Below are positions 31,048 through 40,690 of a DNA stretch of 64,000 nt, in pieces. Source of the stretch: Candidatus Bathyarchaeia archaeon (GTDB lineage: Archaea; Thermoproteota; Bathyarchaeia; 40CM-2-53-6). A program made the translations under genes and the position numbers. The notes under the pieces were generated by a model that saw nothing but the letters and a program-made list of their open reading frames with translations, did no database searches and was not told where the DNA came from. The DNA lies in the NCBI GenBank assembly GCA_050013255.1, contig JBEKFP010000003.1, positions 1 to 64,000 on the forward strand, given 5' to 3'. The stretch's first letter is position 1. Every line of letters starts with the position of its first letter.

Positions 31048-31230
31048 TCGGGCAGTGTAATGAATAGCGAGTACGGAGTTACGGCGACACCAACCGTCTT
31101 TATCATCGACAAGGACGGCGCCATCCTCACTTCATACCAGGGCGAAGAACCCTACGAGACCTTAGCGGCCTATCTCAGCGGCCTAGAGAAGTGGCACCGA
31201 AGCCAACGCCAAGAGACCGGCGAACCCTGA
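31048..31230 (+). pseudogene. C-terminal remnant of a second TlpA-like gene
   Basis: SGSVMNSEYGVTATPTVFIIDKDGAILTSYQGEEPYETLAA aligns with SGTVMNTLYGVNSTPTFFIIGKSGVVFTTFQGEQAEDTIAA of the upstream gene. Confidence 0.8.
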
Positions 31231-31456
31231 AGGGGATGTAACCTCGCCGTGTACTATGCGGAAGTTAGTCTGACGTGGCAAGGAATGCAATAGGTCATTC
31301 TCATAGTTGGTGAATGATGCTTATTCCAAGCTCTATTGATCGAGGCATATCGTGGCAGGTGAGGGACGAGTTTCCCTAACCTAGTGTCGTAGTCACTATC
31401 ACTATTATTCCCGCTAAACCTAAGTCCCTGACTAAAGTTACTAGGACAAGAATGTC

Positions 31457-32083
31457 TTGTCAGCACGGAAACGCCATAAGATTTACCCTCTTCTCTCAGC
31501 CATAATTGCTGTCCTTTTCTTATTAGGCGCCCTCTACGAGACCTTCTCTCCCGCCGTTCAAACGATTCAGATCACGGAGACCACTCATACCTTTCATCAA
31601 AAAGTAGGTCAGTATAACTATCCTACAATCGAAACCCAAGTTTTCCAAGGAAACACAACGCTCGTCAGTAATCTTACCCTCTGCTGCCAGACTTCACCAC
31701 AGGCTAATCCCCCAATTGTTTTCATTTTCACTGAGAGTGAATTCCAAGTTCTGCAGAATAATCAGAACAACCCCAATACCTCATACCCGGGGAGTAACCC
31801 ACATGAGGCATCAACTAGCCTAAGTAATTATACTTGGAATGGACCGACCAATAGCGAGACGATTTTCATAAGCTTCCATGTCAAAGAGACTTCCGACTAC
31901 TATTTCGTAGTTACGAACACACATGGGGAAAACTCGTTTACTCTATATCTAACGAACGAGGGAACAGAACCTGTTCTGGTTCACCCATACCAGTACCTTT
32001 TCCAAATCCTGACTCTAATCGCAAGCCTCGCAACAGTATGCTTAAACGTATACAGTTACCGACATGATGAGACGTCATCCTAG
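31457..32083 (+). CDS. Membrane protein with N- and C-terminal TM and an extracellular beta domain (GOLD-like?)
   Basis: Two terminal hydrophobic helices, SFHV..SDYYFVV strands, several N-x-S/T sequons. Confidence 0.7.
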   Translation: MSARKRHKIYPLLSAIIAVLFLLGALYETFSPAVQTIQITETTHTFHQKVGQYNYPTIETQVFQGNTTLVSNLTLCCQTSPQANPPIVFIFTESEFQVLQNNQNNPNTSYPGSNPHEASTSLSNYTWNGPTNSETIFISFHVKETSDYYFVVTNTHGENSFTLYLTNEGTEPVLVHPYQYLFQILTLIASLATVCLNVYSYRHDETSS

Positions 32084-32226
32084 AATATCCAACCTTCTTG
32101 AACTGCCTTAATCCGCACTCCTCAAGACTTTACCTAACCCATGACCGCCTCTATAATTTTCGAAGAGTTTAACCTAGTCAGTTTTGGTTACGACAACTCG
32201 CCATTGACCGCAGAGGCCACTGACAG

Positions 32227-32895
32227 TTATCTTCTAACCTTACCGAATTTAATGTAAACCAATAATCCAGCAACCGCTGCCGCCAAAACAGCGGCAACAA
32301 CCCAACCACTATAACTTTCGTAGAATGGTACTTCCATTACTGTTGTCATCGTAATACTCGATTCTGGATAGGCAGAAACTGATGATGATGTGTAACCTTG
32401 CGTGGTGGGTTGACTTGACATTGTTGTCGAAGCGGTCGAAGTGGCCTCTATAACTGAGATGGTGAATTTAGCTGAAGCATACGCAGTTGGGGTGTTGCCA
32501 GCAAACATCCATACTCCCACATTGAAGTCGTGTCTTCCCGTAGAGTTCATGCTGAAAGTGAAGCCGATGGTTTGCGTTCCTTCGCTCCAACTTCCATTAG
32601 TCTCACCTTGAAAAACACAGAAAGTTCTTCCGGCAAAAGGCCAGTATGTTAAGCAGTTAGTCAGCGAACCAACAGGGGATGTATTGGTTTTTGCGTCCGC
32701 AATCCACACCTGAACGGTTCCGCCGATGAAATAGTCAAGTGTCAGCCACACCGTTACCGGACTATTCAGAAGGGCTGTTGATGGGTAGGACATGTTTGTT
32801 ATCTTAATTTGCGGGTTCTGTGCATGCACAGGAAGCGTCAAGCTGAGTATTCCAACGGAAAGGAGTAGAGCAAGTAAGAAGGAGGATGTTTGCAA
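32227..32895 (-). CDS. Secreted/membrane-anchored protein, paralog of 29361-30155
   Basis: Signal peptide ending VHA; ITNMSYPSTA..PVTV vs ITNLQAPSTA..DVTV; Cys pair, S/T linker, C-terminal TM. Confidence 0.75.
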   Translation of the reverse strand: MQTSSFLLALLLSVGILSLTLPVHAQNPQIKITNMSYPSTALLNSPVTVWLTLDYFIGGTVQVWIADAKTNTSPVGSLTNCLTYWPFAGRTFCVFQGETNGSWSEGTQTIGFTFSMNSTGRHDFNVGVWMFAGNTPTAYASAKFTISVIEATSTASTTMSSQPTTQGYTSSSVSAYPESSITMTTVMEVPFYESYSGWVVAAVLAAAVAGLLVYIKFGKVRR

Positions 32896-33401
32896 GCTAA
32901 TTAACGACTCGAAACAGGTCGTCGAGAGTCATCTATTAAGACTTAGCATGACGTAAACCATAACCGGCAACTAGTAAAGAAAACGATGAAACGTTTCTTT
33001 AATGGCCGGTTTTGGTATCACTGGATTTAACCAGCCAACTATAATGCAATCGAGACTGCGAGCGTTTGGAATTAATTCTTTTCTATATGTGCTAATCATG
33101 CATTACTTGCAACCAGCGGCAATTAGCTTCATTCTTCTCTCCCTTGCCTACGATTCTACTTTCACAATTCACTGACCGTTAGACTACACTATCATGTCTG
33201 GTTATCTGTTTGCATGGTTCACGGCAAGAACCGTGAAAGAAATTGAAGTGTCCGATTTGTGACCTGGAACTTCTCGGCCAAGATAACTACCTGTTGAAAC
33301 GTTGCGACCGATGCAGCTTATGGTTTGAGTTGCAAGAGGACGGCAAGCTCATTCCCCTACGAGTTGAAAATCTAGCAAAATATCTCTAGAGCTGCTCCAA
33401 A

Positions 33402-33635
33402 ATGCACTTCGAGAACCAGTCCACTAAATGCCCCAAATGCAAGAATGACCTAACCTGGAAAAGCCACGAGAAAATCTGGACGAAGGAAAGAGAAGTTCAT
33501 CAGTTCACTTTTCGATGCAGTTCATGCAACCTAGGATATTTGTTCAAAGACGATAAAACCTTCGAGAAAATACTTATTTCGAAAGCCCCTGAACCTTTGC
33601 CAACGAAAACGCTAAGGGAGTATGCTAATGCTTAG
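33402..33635 (+). CDS. Small zinc-ribbon protein
   Basis: CPKC...CSSC. Confidence 0.65.
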   Translation: MHFENQSTKCPKCKNDLTWKSHEKIWTKEREVHQFTFRCSSCNLGYLFKDDKTFEKILISKAPEPLPTKTLREYANA

Positions 33636-33667
33636 TCTAGTGCTCATCTTTTGAGGGAATTGGTCAA

Positions 33668-34240
33668 TTGGTCAAACCGAAGCGTAAGAATGGTAGAGGA
33701 CGTAAGACGCTCTGGTACCGGATTACAAGTAATAGAACCCTGGGCGCTTTGACTCTGATGTGCACGGTCGCTCTAGGAATCGGAAACGTGTATCTTGGCT
33801 ATCAAACAAGTCAACTTGACAATCAACTGCACAACTATCCGACCAGAGTGTTCGGATTCGCAAACGAGTGGTTAGTTCTGAACACTGGCAAGCCTCTTCC
33901 AAACGGACACGGTAATGTGACAGTAGTCATCGTCAGCCCTGACGAGGGCTATTTCTCTCTAACGCGAGCTGGTTTCTACCCTAGCGACGCTGCCTTCCTC
34001 GACCGTCGGTTATTACAAAACGACGATGTTGAACTAATGGGAACTTACGTCTTTCCCGTCAAGTCTGGGGTCACGAGCACATCTGTCAATCTAAGCGTCT
34101 TTGGACGTGCCGCCGTGAACTCTACGTTCGCCCCCATTGGACACTTAGGCACACTTGTGCTAGAAATCACATTCCATGATGTTCAGAGGGATAGAGATTA
34201 TTCGAATTCAACATCTGTGGAGGTGCTGCTTGTGGGCTGA
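33668..34240 (+). CDS. Single-TM membrane-anchored hypothetical protein
   Basis: Basic N-terminus, one TM, beta-rich domain with sequons. Confidence 0.65.
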   Translation: MVKPKRKNGRGRKTLWYRITSNRTLGALTLMCTVALGIGNVYLGYQTSQLDNQLHNYPTRVFGFANEWLVLNTGKPLPNGHGNVTVVIVSPDEGYFSLTRAGFYPSDAAFLDRRLLQNDDVELMGTYVFPVKSGVTSTSVNLSVFGRAAVNSTFAPIGHLGTLVLEITFHDVQRDRDYSNSTSVEVLLVG

Positions 34241-34285
34241 TTAGGTTCTCCTTTCCACATATCGCTTGGCAATTCATTCGGAAGC

Positions 34286-35200
34286 CTACAAACATCCTCC
34301 TTCTGCAAAATGTTTTATTGCAAGTTCAAGGCACTTTTTCTCAAATTCAGCTTTCTCTTTTCCCTCAATTAACTTGTGCAGGAGTTGAGACTCATCGTTT
34401 GTAATCATACCCAACTTTGTTTCCATGAGAGTTAACAATTTAGGAAGTGAGAATCGGGGAGTGGCCGGGTCATCGTGGGGCAAACCCATGTACCAAAAGA
34501 GCATACCAGCGATTCTGTGCCTCACATCAGGGCTATCTTGCATATCGAGTCTGATAATCATCCCGAGTTGAAGTGACAAGTCAGGTGAGCGATTCAAATC
34601 AACTGAGACCATGAAATAGTCAATCAGTAGCCAAAACACCAATTGTCTGACGTATTTCCCAAAAAGATTCCATGGTTCACTTAGCAACAGACTCGCCTTC
34701 GATTCGGACACTTCACTAGTCCCGTTCAATGGCAAGTTTAGGGATTGGCGCAACTGTTTGGAGCCGTAGAGTGTTACTCCTACCGGGCCCGGCGGCGGCA
34801 TATACTCAAACAATGGGTCAAGCTCATCGCCAACTTCACGATGAGTAAAAGCCTCTAGCTGTTTGTCGATGGGCGCGCGAATGTCTCTAGGCAGGGAATC
34901 GGCAAATCTTGGCTCGATTGTGGAACGCAATAGGACGTCCTTGTAAGCGACCAAATCGTTATCATGAATCTGGGTCATTACCAGGCGTCCCTTCGGAGTA
35001 ACTCGATATTGCCCGGTAGGAGTCTTCTTGACAAGGCCAGAATGCCTAAGCTTCCTAAGAAATTCACAGAGAGAAGGGTCAGAGAGGCTTTTTTCCTTGG
35101 GCTTTCTGGCTTTTTCTTTAAGTTGAGTATAACGTAACTCTGAGTTCTCTTCCAAAGCTTCTAAGATACGTCGCATCCCTCGACTGATTTTCAACTTCAT
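34286..35200 (-). CDS. Winged-HTH transcriptional regulator (candidate repressor of the element)
   Basis: ILEALEENSELRYTQLKE...SL..FLRKLRHSGLVKKTPTGQYRVTPKG wHTH; divergent from the 35289 operon. Confidence 0.8.
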   Translation of the reverse strand: MKLKISRGMRRILEALEENSELRYTQLKEKARKPKEKSLSDPSLCEFLRKLRHSGLVKKTPTGQYRVTPKGRLVMTQIHDNDLVAYKDVLLRSTIEPRFADSLPRDIRAPIDKQLEAFTHREVGDELDPLFEYMPPPGPVGVTLYGSKQLRQSLNLPLNGTSEVSESKASLLLSEPWNLFGKYVRQLVFWLLIDYFMVSVDLNRSPDLSLQLGMIIRLDMQDSPDVRHRIAGMLFWYMGLPHDDPATPRFSLPKLLTLMETKLGMITNDESQLLHKLIEGKEKAEFEKKCLELAIKHFAEGGCL

Positions 35201-35226
35201 GCTCTCAACGCAACTTGCTTAGGTTT

Positions 35227-35245
35227 ACTTAGGTAATGGCTAAGT
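35227..35245. promoter_or_regulatory. Palindromic operator candidate ACTTAG-N7-CTAAGT in a divergent promoter region
   Basis: Perfect 6-bp inverted repeat plus a CTTAGGT direct repeat (35218, 35228) within an 88-bp intergenic gap. Confidence 0.45.
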
Positions 35246-35288
35246 TAAATGGCTTCTATAATGGTATTTCTGGTAGGAGAGTAAACAT

Positions 35289-35549
35289 ATGAAGAATGAT
35301 AGGACACTGTTCTTGACTGTCAAAGCCAAAGGCCGACTAGAAGCTGTCGATAGGTTTCTGGATATTCTAGAGCAGCTTCCCAACGTAGAATTGCACGGCG
35401 ACTACAAGCGGATAAGAGCCGATGACACTAAGGGCGTGAATTACCACACTTTGGTTAACGTCCTCATCAGGGATGGGCGCTCTCCACCCTCTTCTTTGAC
35501 GATAACACGGCTGTTGCCAGAAACGAACCCGCATTATGGGAGTAGGTGA
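35289..35549 (+). CDS. Small hypothetical protein
   Basis: ATG preceded by AGGAGAG; first gene of the divergent operon. Confidence 0.6.
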   Translation: MKNDRTLFLTVKAKGRLEAVDRFLDILEQLPNVELHGDYKRIRADDTKGVNYHTLVNVLIRDGRSPPSSLTITRLLPETNPHYGSR

Positions 35550-35560
35550 CAAAATAGATT

Positions 35561-36331
35561 ATGACGACTGAAGAAGAAGCTAGAAAATATTCTACGGACA
35601 GGGACACGGAGAAAATTCTGGAATTAGCTAAGGCTCATGGCATTTCAGCCGCTGAATTCTTCCGTAGTTATGAGGCGCTTGTTGAGCGGGGGAACATACC
35701 TGCGGATGCAGGTGCTATGCCTCAACACATCGAAGAGTCAGAGTGGAAGCAAATTATCGATGAAGTCAGAAGAACCAGTAATGAGAACTTAATGAGTGCT
35801 ATCGATGATAGTGTGCACCAAAAACAGCTTACACAGGACCTTGAACCAAGAAGCGGTCAAACGAGGGCCGTAGGTAGAGCTGCAAGTGACGGCGACCGCT
35901 ATCCGGGATTAGCTAAACAATATCCTACCGGTGTCGGTTCAGGTTATCAAGCCGAAGAACCCGGAGCAGGAGGACAGAAAGTTCCACCGGGGCAAGAGGG
36001 AGGAACTTCACCTATGCCCGATGTGGACCGAAGCACCGGTGGCAGAACCGGATGCATGTATTTCAGTTTTGAATCAGAAGAAGACTTCAACAAATGGAAG
36101 TCCATGAACTCGAACCTCCCAATTCAAAGTCAATTTTGGGACACTCGGACGCACCGCTTGGTTGCTAAAGTTTCCATTAACGACTTGGATAACGGAGTCA
36201 TCAATAATTATCAAGGCTACATGGCAGACGTGCGTACCCCAATAGGCACTGAACCTGAAGACTTTCCATCAGACAAGTATACGGGTCGGAAAGCTGCCCG
36301 AACAGCAACAGAGAAGCACTTCAAAGACTGA
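35561..36331 (+). CDS. Hypothetical acidic protein with a disordered G/P-rich middle
   Basis: 256-aa ORF, AGGTGA RBS, operon spacing. Confidence 0.7.
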   Translation: MTTEEEARKYSTDRDTEKILELAKAHGISAAEFFRSYEALVERGNIPADAGAMPQHIEESEWKQIIDEVRRTSNENLMSAIDDSVHQKQLTQDLEPRSGQTRAVGRAASDGDRYPGLAKQYPTGVGSGYQAEEPGAGGQKVPPGQEGGTSPMPDVDRSTGGRTGCMYFSFESEEDFNKWKSMNSNLPIQSQFWDTRTHRLVAKVSINDLDNGVINNYQGYMADVRTPIGTEPEDFPSDKYTGRKAARTATEKHFKD

Positions 36332-36355
36332 GCAAGCTAACCTAGGCCAACATAG

Positions 36356-37534
36356 TTGGCTACGCCACCCCTTCCCTATCTCTTGTTTCCTGAACTAACG
36401 GACGCTAACGAACGAATTGGAAGTGAAAGAAGAATGACATACAAAGTAGGCATGAGTAATCTGGTTACGCAATGGTTCTGTAGACGTTGCGCCAAATCTC
36501 TCTTTGCCCCAGAGATTGTCACGACTCATGATGCTATTAGCGGAGTACGAAAATGGTGTGGGGTTTGCCATGCTGAATTGGTTAAGAACAAATACTATTC
36601 AGACGAATCGAAAACGCTTAGGCATTGGCAGCCGCAGGCAGCATCCGTTCCTGAGAGGTCGGATTCTGTCCCCATACAACATGTTGACCGAGTGAAGGGA
36701 TTCAGATGGGAAGACCATGAAGGAAAGACAGTTAATCGCATGCTTAACGGACTCAGTGAACAGCAACAAAGCAGGATTAGACGGGAATTAGGAATTCCGG
36801 AAGACATGCCTTTACTGAAACATAATCCTAGAACCCATTTCCACATCCCGGACTATGAAAGCGGATACTTCGCATGGGATAGTAAGGTTCGTTCAGGTCA
36901 ACTTTGGAGGCAGGACGCCCACCGCACAGCAACTAAATTCCAAAGCACCCACACGAAAAGAGCCGTCAGCTCACCCATACCGTTACAGTTACAGGAAGAA
37001 AGCATGGTTGAATGGACCAAATTGGGCATAGAAAACCTACCTTTACTCGGAATAATGAACGTCTACCGTGATAAAGCCGGAGTTCCCCCCATTACGTCTT
37101 GTGACTGTGTGGGTGTAGATGCTTCTTTCTGTGCTTCTACGTCTTACGGGGTACCTTACGGTAATAGCCCTAACGAGTTGAACTATCCTGTTAGGGAGGA
37201 TTATGACAGTATAGAATATTGTTTGCCGCCTAAGCCTCCAAGTGAGGAATTTTTACGGTCAATCCATGAGTATGATTTGAGATTGCAATTTGAGGAAGCT
37301 GTTTTAGAAGATTATGAGTATGCGGAAGGAAGAATTTGTTCATGCCTACGTTCAAGCTCTTTGCGGGTACGGGAACTTCCTACAGGTAGTTCCTTTACTA
37401 GTGCTGGGCTCCGGACCTGTCCGTGTTCGTCGCTGGGCACGGATAAGAAGAGAAAGCGTCCGGTTCCACGGAGAAATCCAACATCATTTGGATTCGGGAC
37501 GGTCAACCTTCCCAGCACTCCAAATTACTATTGA
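36356..37534 (+). CDS. Hypothetical protein with N-terminal CxxC...CxxC zinc finger
   Basis: FCRRC...WCGVC; long ORF in operon. Confidence 0.65.
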   Translation: MATPPLPYLLFPELTDANERIGSERRMTYKVGMSNLVTQWFCRRCAKSLFAPEIVTTHDAISGVRKWCGVCHAELVKNKYYSDESKTLRHWQPQAASVPERSDSVPIQHVDRVKGFRWEDHEGKTVNRMLNGLSEQQQSRIRRELGIPEDMPLLKHNPRTHFHIPDYESGYFAWDSKVRSGQLWRQDAHRTATKFQSTHTKRAVSSPIPLQLQEESMVEWTKLGIENLPLLGIMNVYRDKAGVPPITSCDCVGVDASFCASTSYGVPYGNSPNELNYPVREDYDSIEYCLPPKPPSEEFLRSIHEYDLRLQFEEAVLEDYEYAEGRICSCLRSSSLRVRELPTGSSFTSAGLRTCPCSSLGTDKKRKRPVPRRNPTSFGFGTVNLPSTPNYY

Positions 37535-37907
37535 TGGATGATTTTGATATTGTCGAATAATCGGAGACAATCAACGACGGTAGGATTTTGCTCTCTATCA
37601 TTCTATTCTAGTTGCAAGCTGTTTTTCTTTAGAGGGTTACGGCCTGCGGCTGGTTGGCCTGTCATGCTGCTTGTGGGTGAATCGTTACGTTGCTGAAGGT
37701 GTCGGTACGGCTGATTCGTTACGATTCAAGCACAACGCATCGGGCACTTGTTCATAAGGCAATTTTCGTTGCGATTCCCATTAGATGGTCACAAAGTGCA
37801 TGTTAGATGGTTTTCCCTGTTTCCTCTTTTCTTCCGTCCTCCATGCCTGCTAGTGGGGTTCATCATAACAGGTTAGTTTACTGGTTTGTAATGGGGGTGA
37901 ATTTGTT

Positions 37908-38456
37908 ATGAGTGAAAATAATAGCGCAGCTACTAGTGGTGAATGGCCTGAACTGTTAACGGCCTACATGCGGATTCAGGAACATTGCAGACGTGACCCT
38001 GAGAACTTCAAGCTAATTCGGGTTAACGTAACGTTACCGGACGGTGCCAGCAAGGAAGTGGAATTCATTGTGCCCGTTGACTATTATCCGGGTACTTCAA
38101 GTATTGACGTGGGTTTCTTTGGTCGAGCCGCAGCCGGGGCCGCATGCATGAACGAAGGCCGTTGGGACGTGTTCGCTCATGAGGTCCGAACCTACGTTCA
38201 AGTTAACAGACTTGACGATGACAATGAGGAACCATCTAAGAATTCCTCTAAATCGGTTAGTGCCTACGTTAAGCCTGCTAAACTCCTGAAGCGATTTGAG
38301 TCCAAGGCCAGTTTGAAGGGTGGTTCATATCGCATGCAACTGCCCCGGAAGCTTGTCCGATATCTACAGCTTAATCATGGCATGCCCATTAGTGAAGAGT
38401 ACAAGGTTACATTCACAGTTTACAGCAACAAAACAATCAAGGCCTCCGTTAGTTAG
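37908..38456 (+). CDS. Hypothetical protein with C-terminal AbrB/MazE-like swapped-hairpin domain
   Basis: KGGSYRMQLPRKLVRYLQL..G...YKVTF resembles AbrB; GGGGGTGA RBS. Confidence 0.55.
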   Translation: MSENNSAATSGEWPELLTAYMRIQEHCRRDPENFKLIRVNVTLPDGASKEVEFIVPVDYYPGTSSIDVGFFGRAAAGAACMNEGRWDVFAHEVRTYVQVNRLDDDNEEPSKNSSKSVSAYVKPAKLLKRFESKASLKGGSYRMQLPRKLVRYLQLNHGMPISEEYKVTFTVYSNKTIKASVS

Positions 38457-38530
38457 CTCGACTTTCCTAAGAAAGAGAGGGAAATGGGCGGCGATTCGCT
38501 ATTTGGTTAGCTTTCGCTACCCATCATATG

Positions 38531-39073
38531 TCATAGCGTCGTCTGCACTGTAAGTTTCTGTATTGCCCTCTTAGCTGCAGTACGTGATGTGGTTGTGAGC
38601 CACCAGTGGTAACTCCCACTTGCGATGTCGTAGATGGGCAACCCGTTGTGGCCCGCTCCGGCAAGAGCCTTAACAATTGAATTGAAAAAGTTGCGCTCCT
38701 CCATGTTCCTCTTCACATCGAGTTCACTTAGGTTCGTTCGTCCGAGTAGTGATTTTGCCTTGTCATCAGACTGTGCTAGTTCCTGGACAATTGCAGCGTC
38801 GTATAGATACTGGTCTTTCTTGTACGGAGTGCTTGGCTTTCCTGTAACCTTTCTGACTACCCAAATCGCTCTTCGGAGCGTCTGGGTAGTTCCGACTAGT
38901 CCTGCCTTTGCAAGACGCTTGAGCGTTTCTATGGCCGTCTTTGTATGTAGGTGGCTTTCATCGGCAACTAACTTAGTTGGCTTCTTACGCTTACGGTCAA
39001 AAGCTTGCAGAGAGAACAATGCCCGAACGACAGCTGAATAAGCTGCAATTGGTAACGTTTTGCTCACGCTCAT
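38531..39073 (-). CDS. HTH-containing DNA-binding protein
   Basis: PTKLVADESHLHTKTAIETLKRLAKAGLV HTH-like; GGAGGTGA RBS. Confidence 0.65.
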   Translation of the reverse strand: MSVSKTLPIAAYSAVVRALFSLQAFDRKRKKPTKLVADESHLHTKTAIETLKRLAKAGLVGTTQTLRRAIWVVRKVTGKPSTPYKKDQYLYDAAIVQELAQSDDKAKSLLGRTNLSELDVKRNMEERNFFNSIVKALAGAGHNGLPIYDIASGSYHWWLTTTSRTAAKRAIQKLTVQTTL

Positions 39074-39646
39074 ATCTCACCTCCATGATGGCCTCGGCCG
39101 GATGAAAGTCAAAGCGTTAAATAGACAGACATCATCAAAGGAAAAGATGTCAGTCCGAAGGGGAGCTCTCTTAGGGGCCGCTTAAACCACCTTCGAGAGT
39201 TCTCCTTCCACGACGCTTCTACTATCATTCGCCTAGAGTCTTAACCAATCACCTTGAAGTCCTCGCATTTCATCCTTTGCTCCTCTTAGAAAGTGGAAGC
39301 TCTTGTTAGTAGCCTTGATGCACTTTAATAGTTTTCGACAGAATTGTATAAAATATTATTCTTTATTGTGCCGAGATTCACCGCAGTTTCAAAGTTCTTT
39401 TACGAATTTCGACCAGAATTCGAGCGATGACTCGGCAGCCCATCAACGAAGTTTGATATCTTGATATACGAATTCCTTAGACGGGCTCGGTAGTTCGGTA
39501 GTCGCCACCGACAATTCTGCGAAGAAAAGCCGAAATGAAAGGTGAGTCGATATCTTCAGTTGATTGGTTTTGGTTTGAAAGCACATGCCGTGTTTTTATC
39601 GCAAAGGCGCACTAGATTGTACATTCTTTGTTGAGCGTGAAAGCGA

Positions 39647-40543
39647 TTGGCTCAGGAAGCAGTGACGATACTACAATTCTTGGCGTATCTTGCAATTGGC
39701 TTAATCTCAGTAACAATTCCTACTTACGCTATATCCATTACATATCTCGGACGAGAAACAGAAGGGACGCTAAAAGAGCTTGAACGAAGAAGAGGACGTT
39801 TTTCCGACAAGCTCGACGAGCTGAGAAACCGAATTCAACATGAAACAAGTACCACGGCCATTCAAGCGCTCAAAGAAGAGATATCACTATTCGAGAAAGA
39901 GGAGGAAAGGCTCAAGAACAGACTCTTTTTCCTTTCGGCTAAAGGAGCAGTATTCTTTCCAGTCGTATTTTACATCATGTCGCTGGGTGCGTCCTTGTAC
40001 GGAATTGTGTATGCGACTAATGAGCAGGTCTTTCCCACCTTACTCGGCGCAGCATTTTCTCTATTTGTGGGGTTAGCGCTGTTATGGGGCACTTTGCATG
40101 GGGTGGAGGAAGCTGCTCTTAGACCTGAGGATAAGTTGCTGCCAGCGTTCACGGTAACCTTCATTGACGGAACCACGACCTGCAGTTTTCCCGCCGATAC
40201 CCTTCAAATTTTTCAGATACTGGTAAGGAATAACGGCGAGGTTATGGCCAAGTGCGTAGAGGCTCTCATAGCCTTTCCTCCAGACTTTGAAGTTCCATCC
40301 GTTAGCCAACCTGAGGCCAGACTTAGCACTCAACCAGCTGATAGAGTCATTCACGGTATATCGACAAGGGGGTATGATACCCTTTGGGTAAAACTCAACG
40401 AAATCCATTCAACTATCATGAAATCAATCCCACTTTCGGATGTGAAAATTCCAGCGAGACAAGGAGCGTACAAAATACCAGTTCTCATTTTCTCAGAGCA
40501 GACAAAACCGTCAGAGCACGTATTGACAATCGAAGCAAATTGA
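39647..40543 (+). CDS. Membrane protein: TM, coiled coil, 2 TM, C-terminal Ig-like domain
   Basis: Hydropathy pattern; ILVRNNGEVMA strand motif. Confidence 0.7.
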   Translation: MAQEAVTILQFLAYLAIGLISVTIPTYAISITYLGRETEGTLKELERRRGRFSDKLDELRNRIQHETSTTAIQALKEEISLFEKEEERLKNRLFFLSAKGAVFFPVVFYIMSLGASLYGIVYATNEQVFPTLLGAAFSLFVGLALLWGTLHGVEEAALRPEDKLLPAFTVTFIDGTTTCSFPADTLQIFQILVRNNGEVMAKCVEALIAFPPDFEVPSVSQPEARLSTQPADRVIHGISTRGYDTLWVKLNEIHSTIMKSIPLSDVKIPARQGAYKIPVLIFSEQTKPSEHVLTIEAN

Positions 40544-40627
40544 GATGGAAGTCAATGGGTGGGATTTTCAGAAAATGAATGGGCCTATGATGAGTCTCGT
40601 TACTAGATTCCCCTAAGACGCCTGACG

Positions 40628-40688
40628 TGCTACAGGTGTAGCAAATCTTAATACGCAACTCTTAACTATATTCTGCTACAGGTGTAGC
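40628..40688. promoter_or_regulatory. Two copies of the palindrome TGCTACA-GG-TGTAGC(A) flanking a TATA-like promoter
   Basis: Copies at 40628-40643 and 40674-40688; AT-rich spacer containing TTAACTATA about 25 bp before TTG 40691. Confidence 0.75.
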
Positions 40689-40690
40689 GA

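Noticed and set aside
31235-31245. GATGTAACCTC match to the 3' part of the Cas2-like gene as a fourth cassette repeat
   Set aside because: An 11-bp match is expected by chance in 13 kb and it lacks the GTGAAG-TGCAATGA core.
40628-40688. Mini-CRISPR array (repeat, 31-nt spacer, repeat) next to a Cas2-like gene
   Set aside because: Only two 15-bp repeats, far shorter than CRISPR repeats. The spacer is an AT-rich TATA-containing promoter and there is no cas1 or effector gene; an operator pair fits better.
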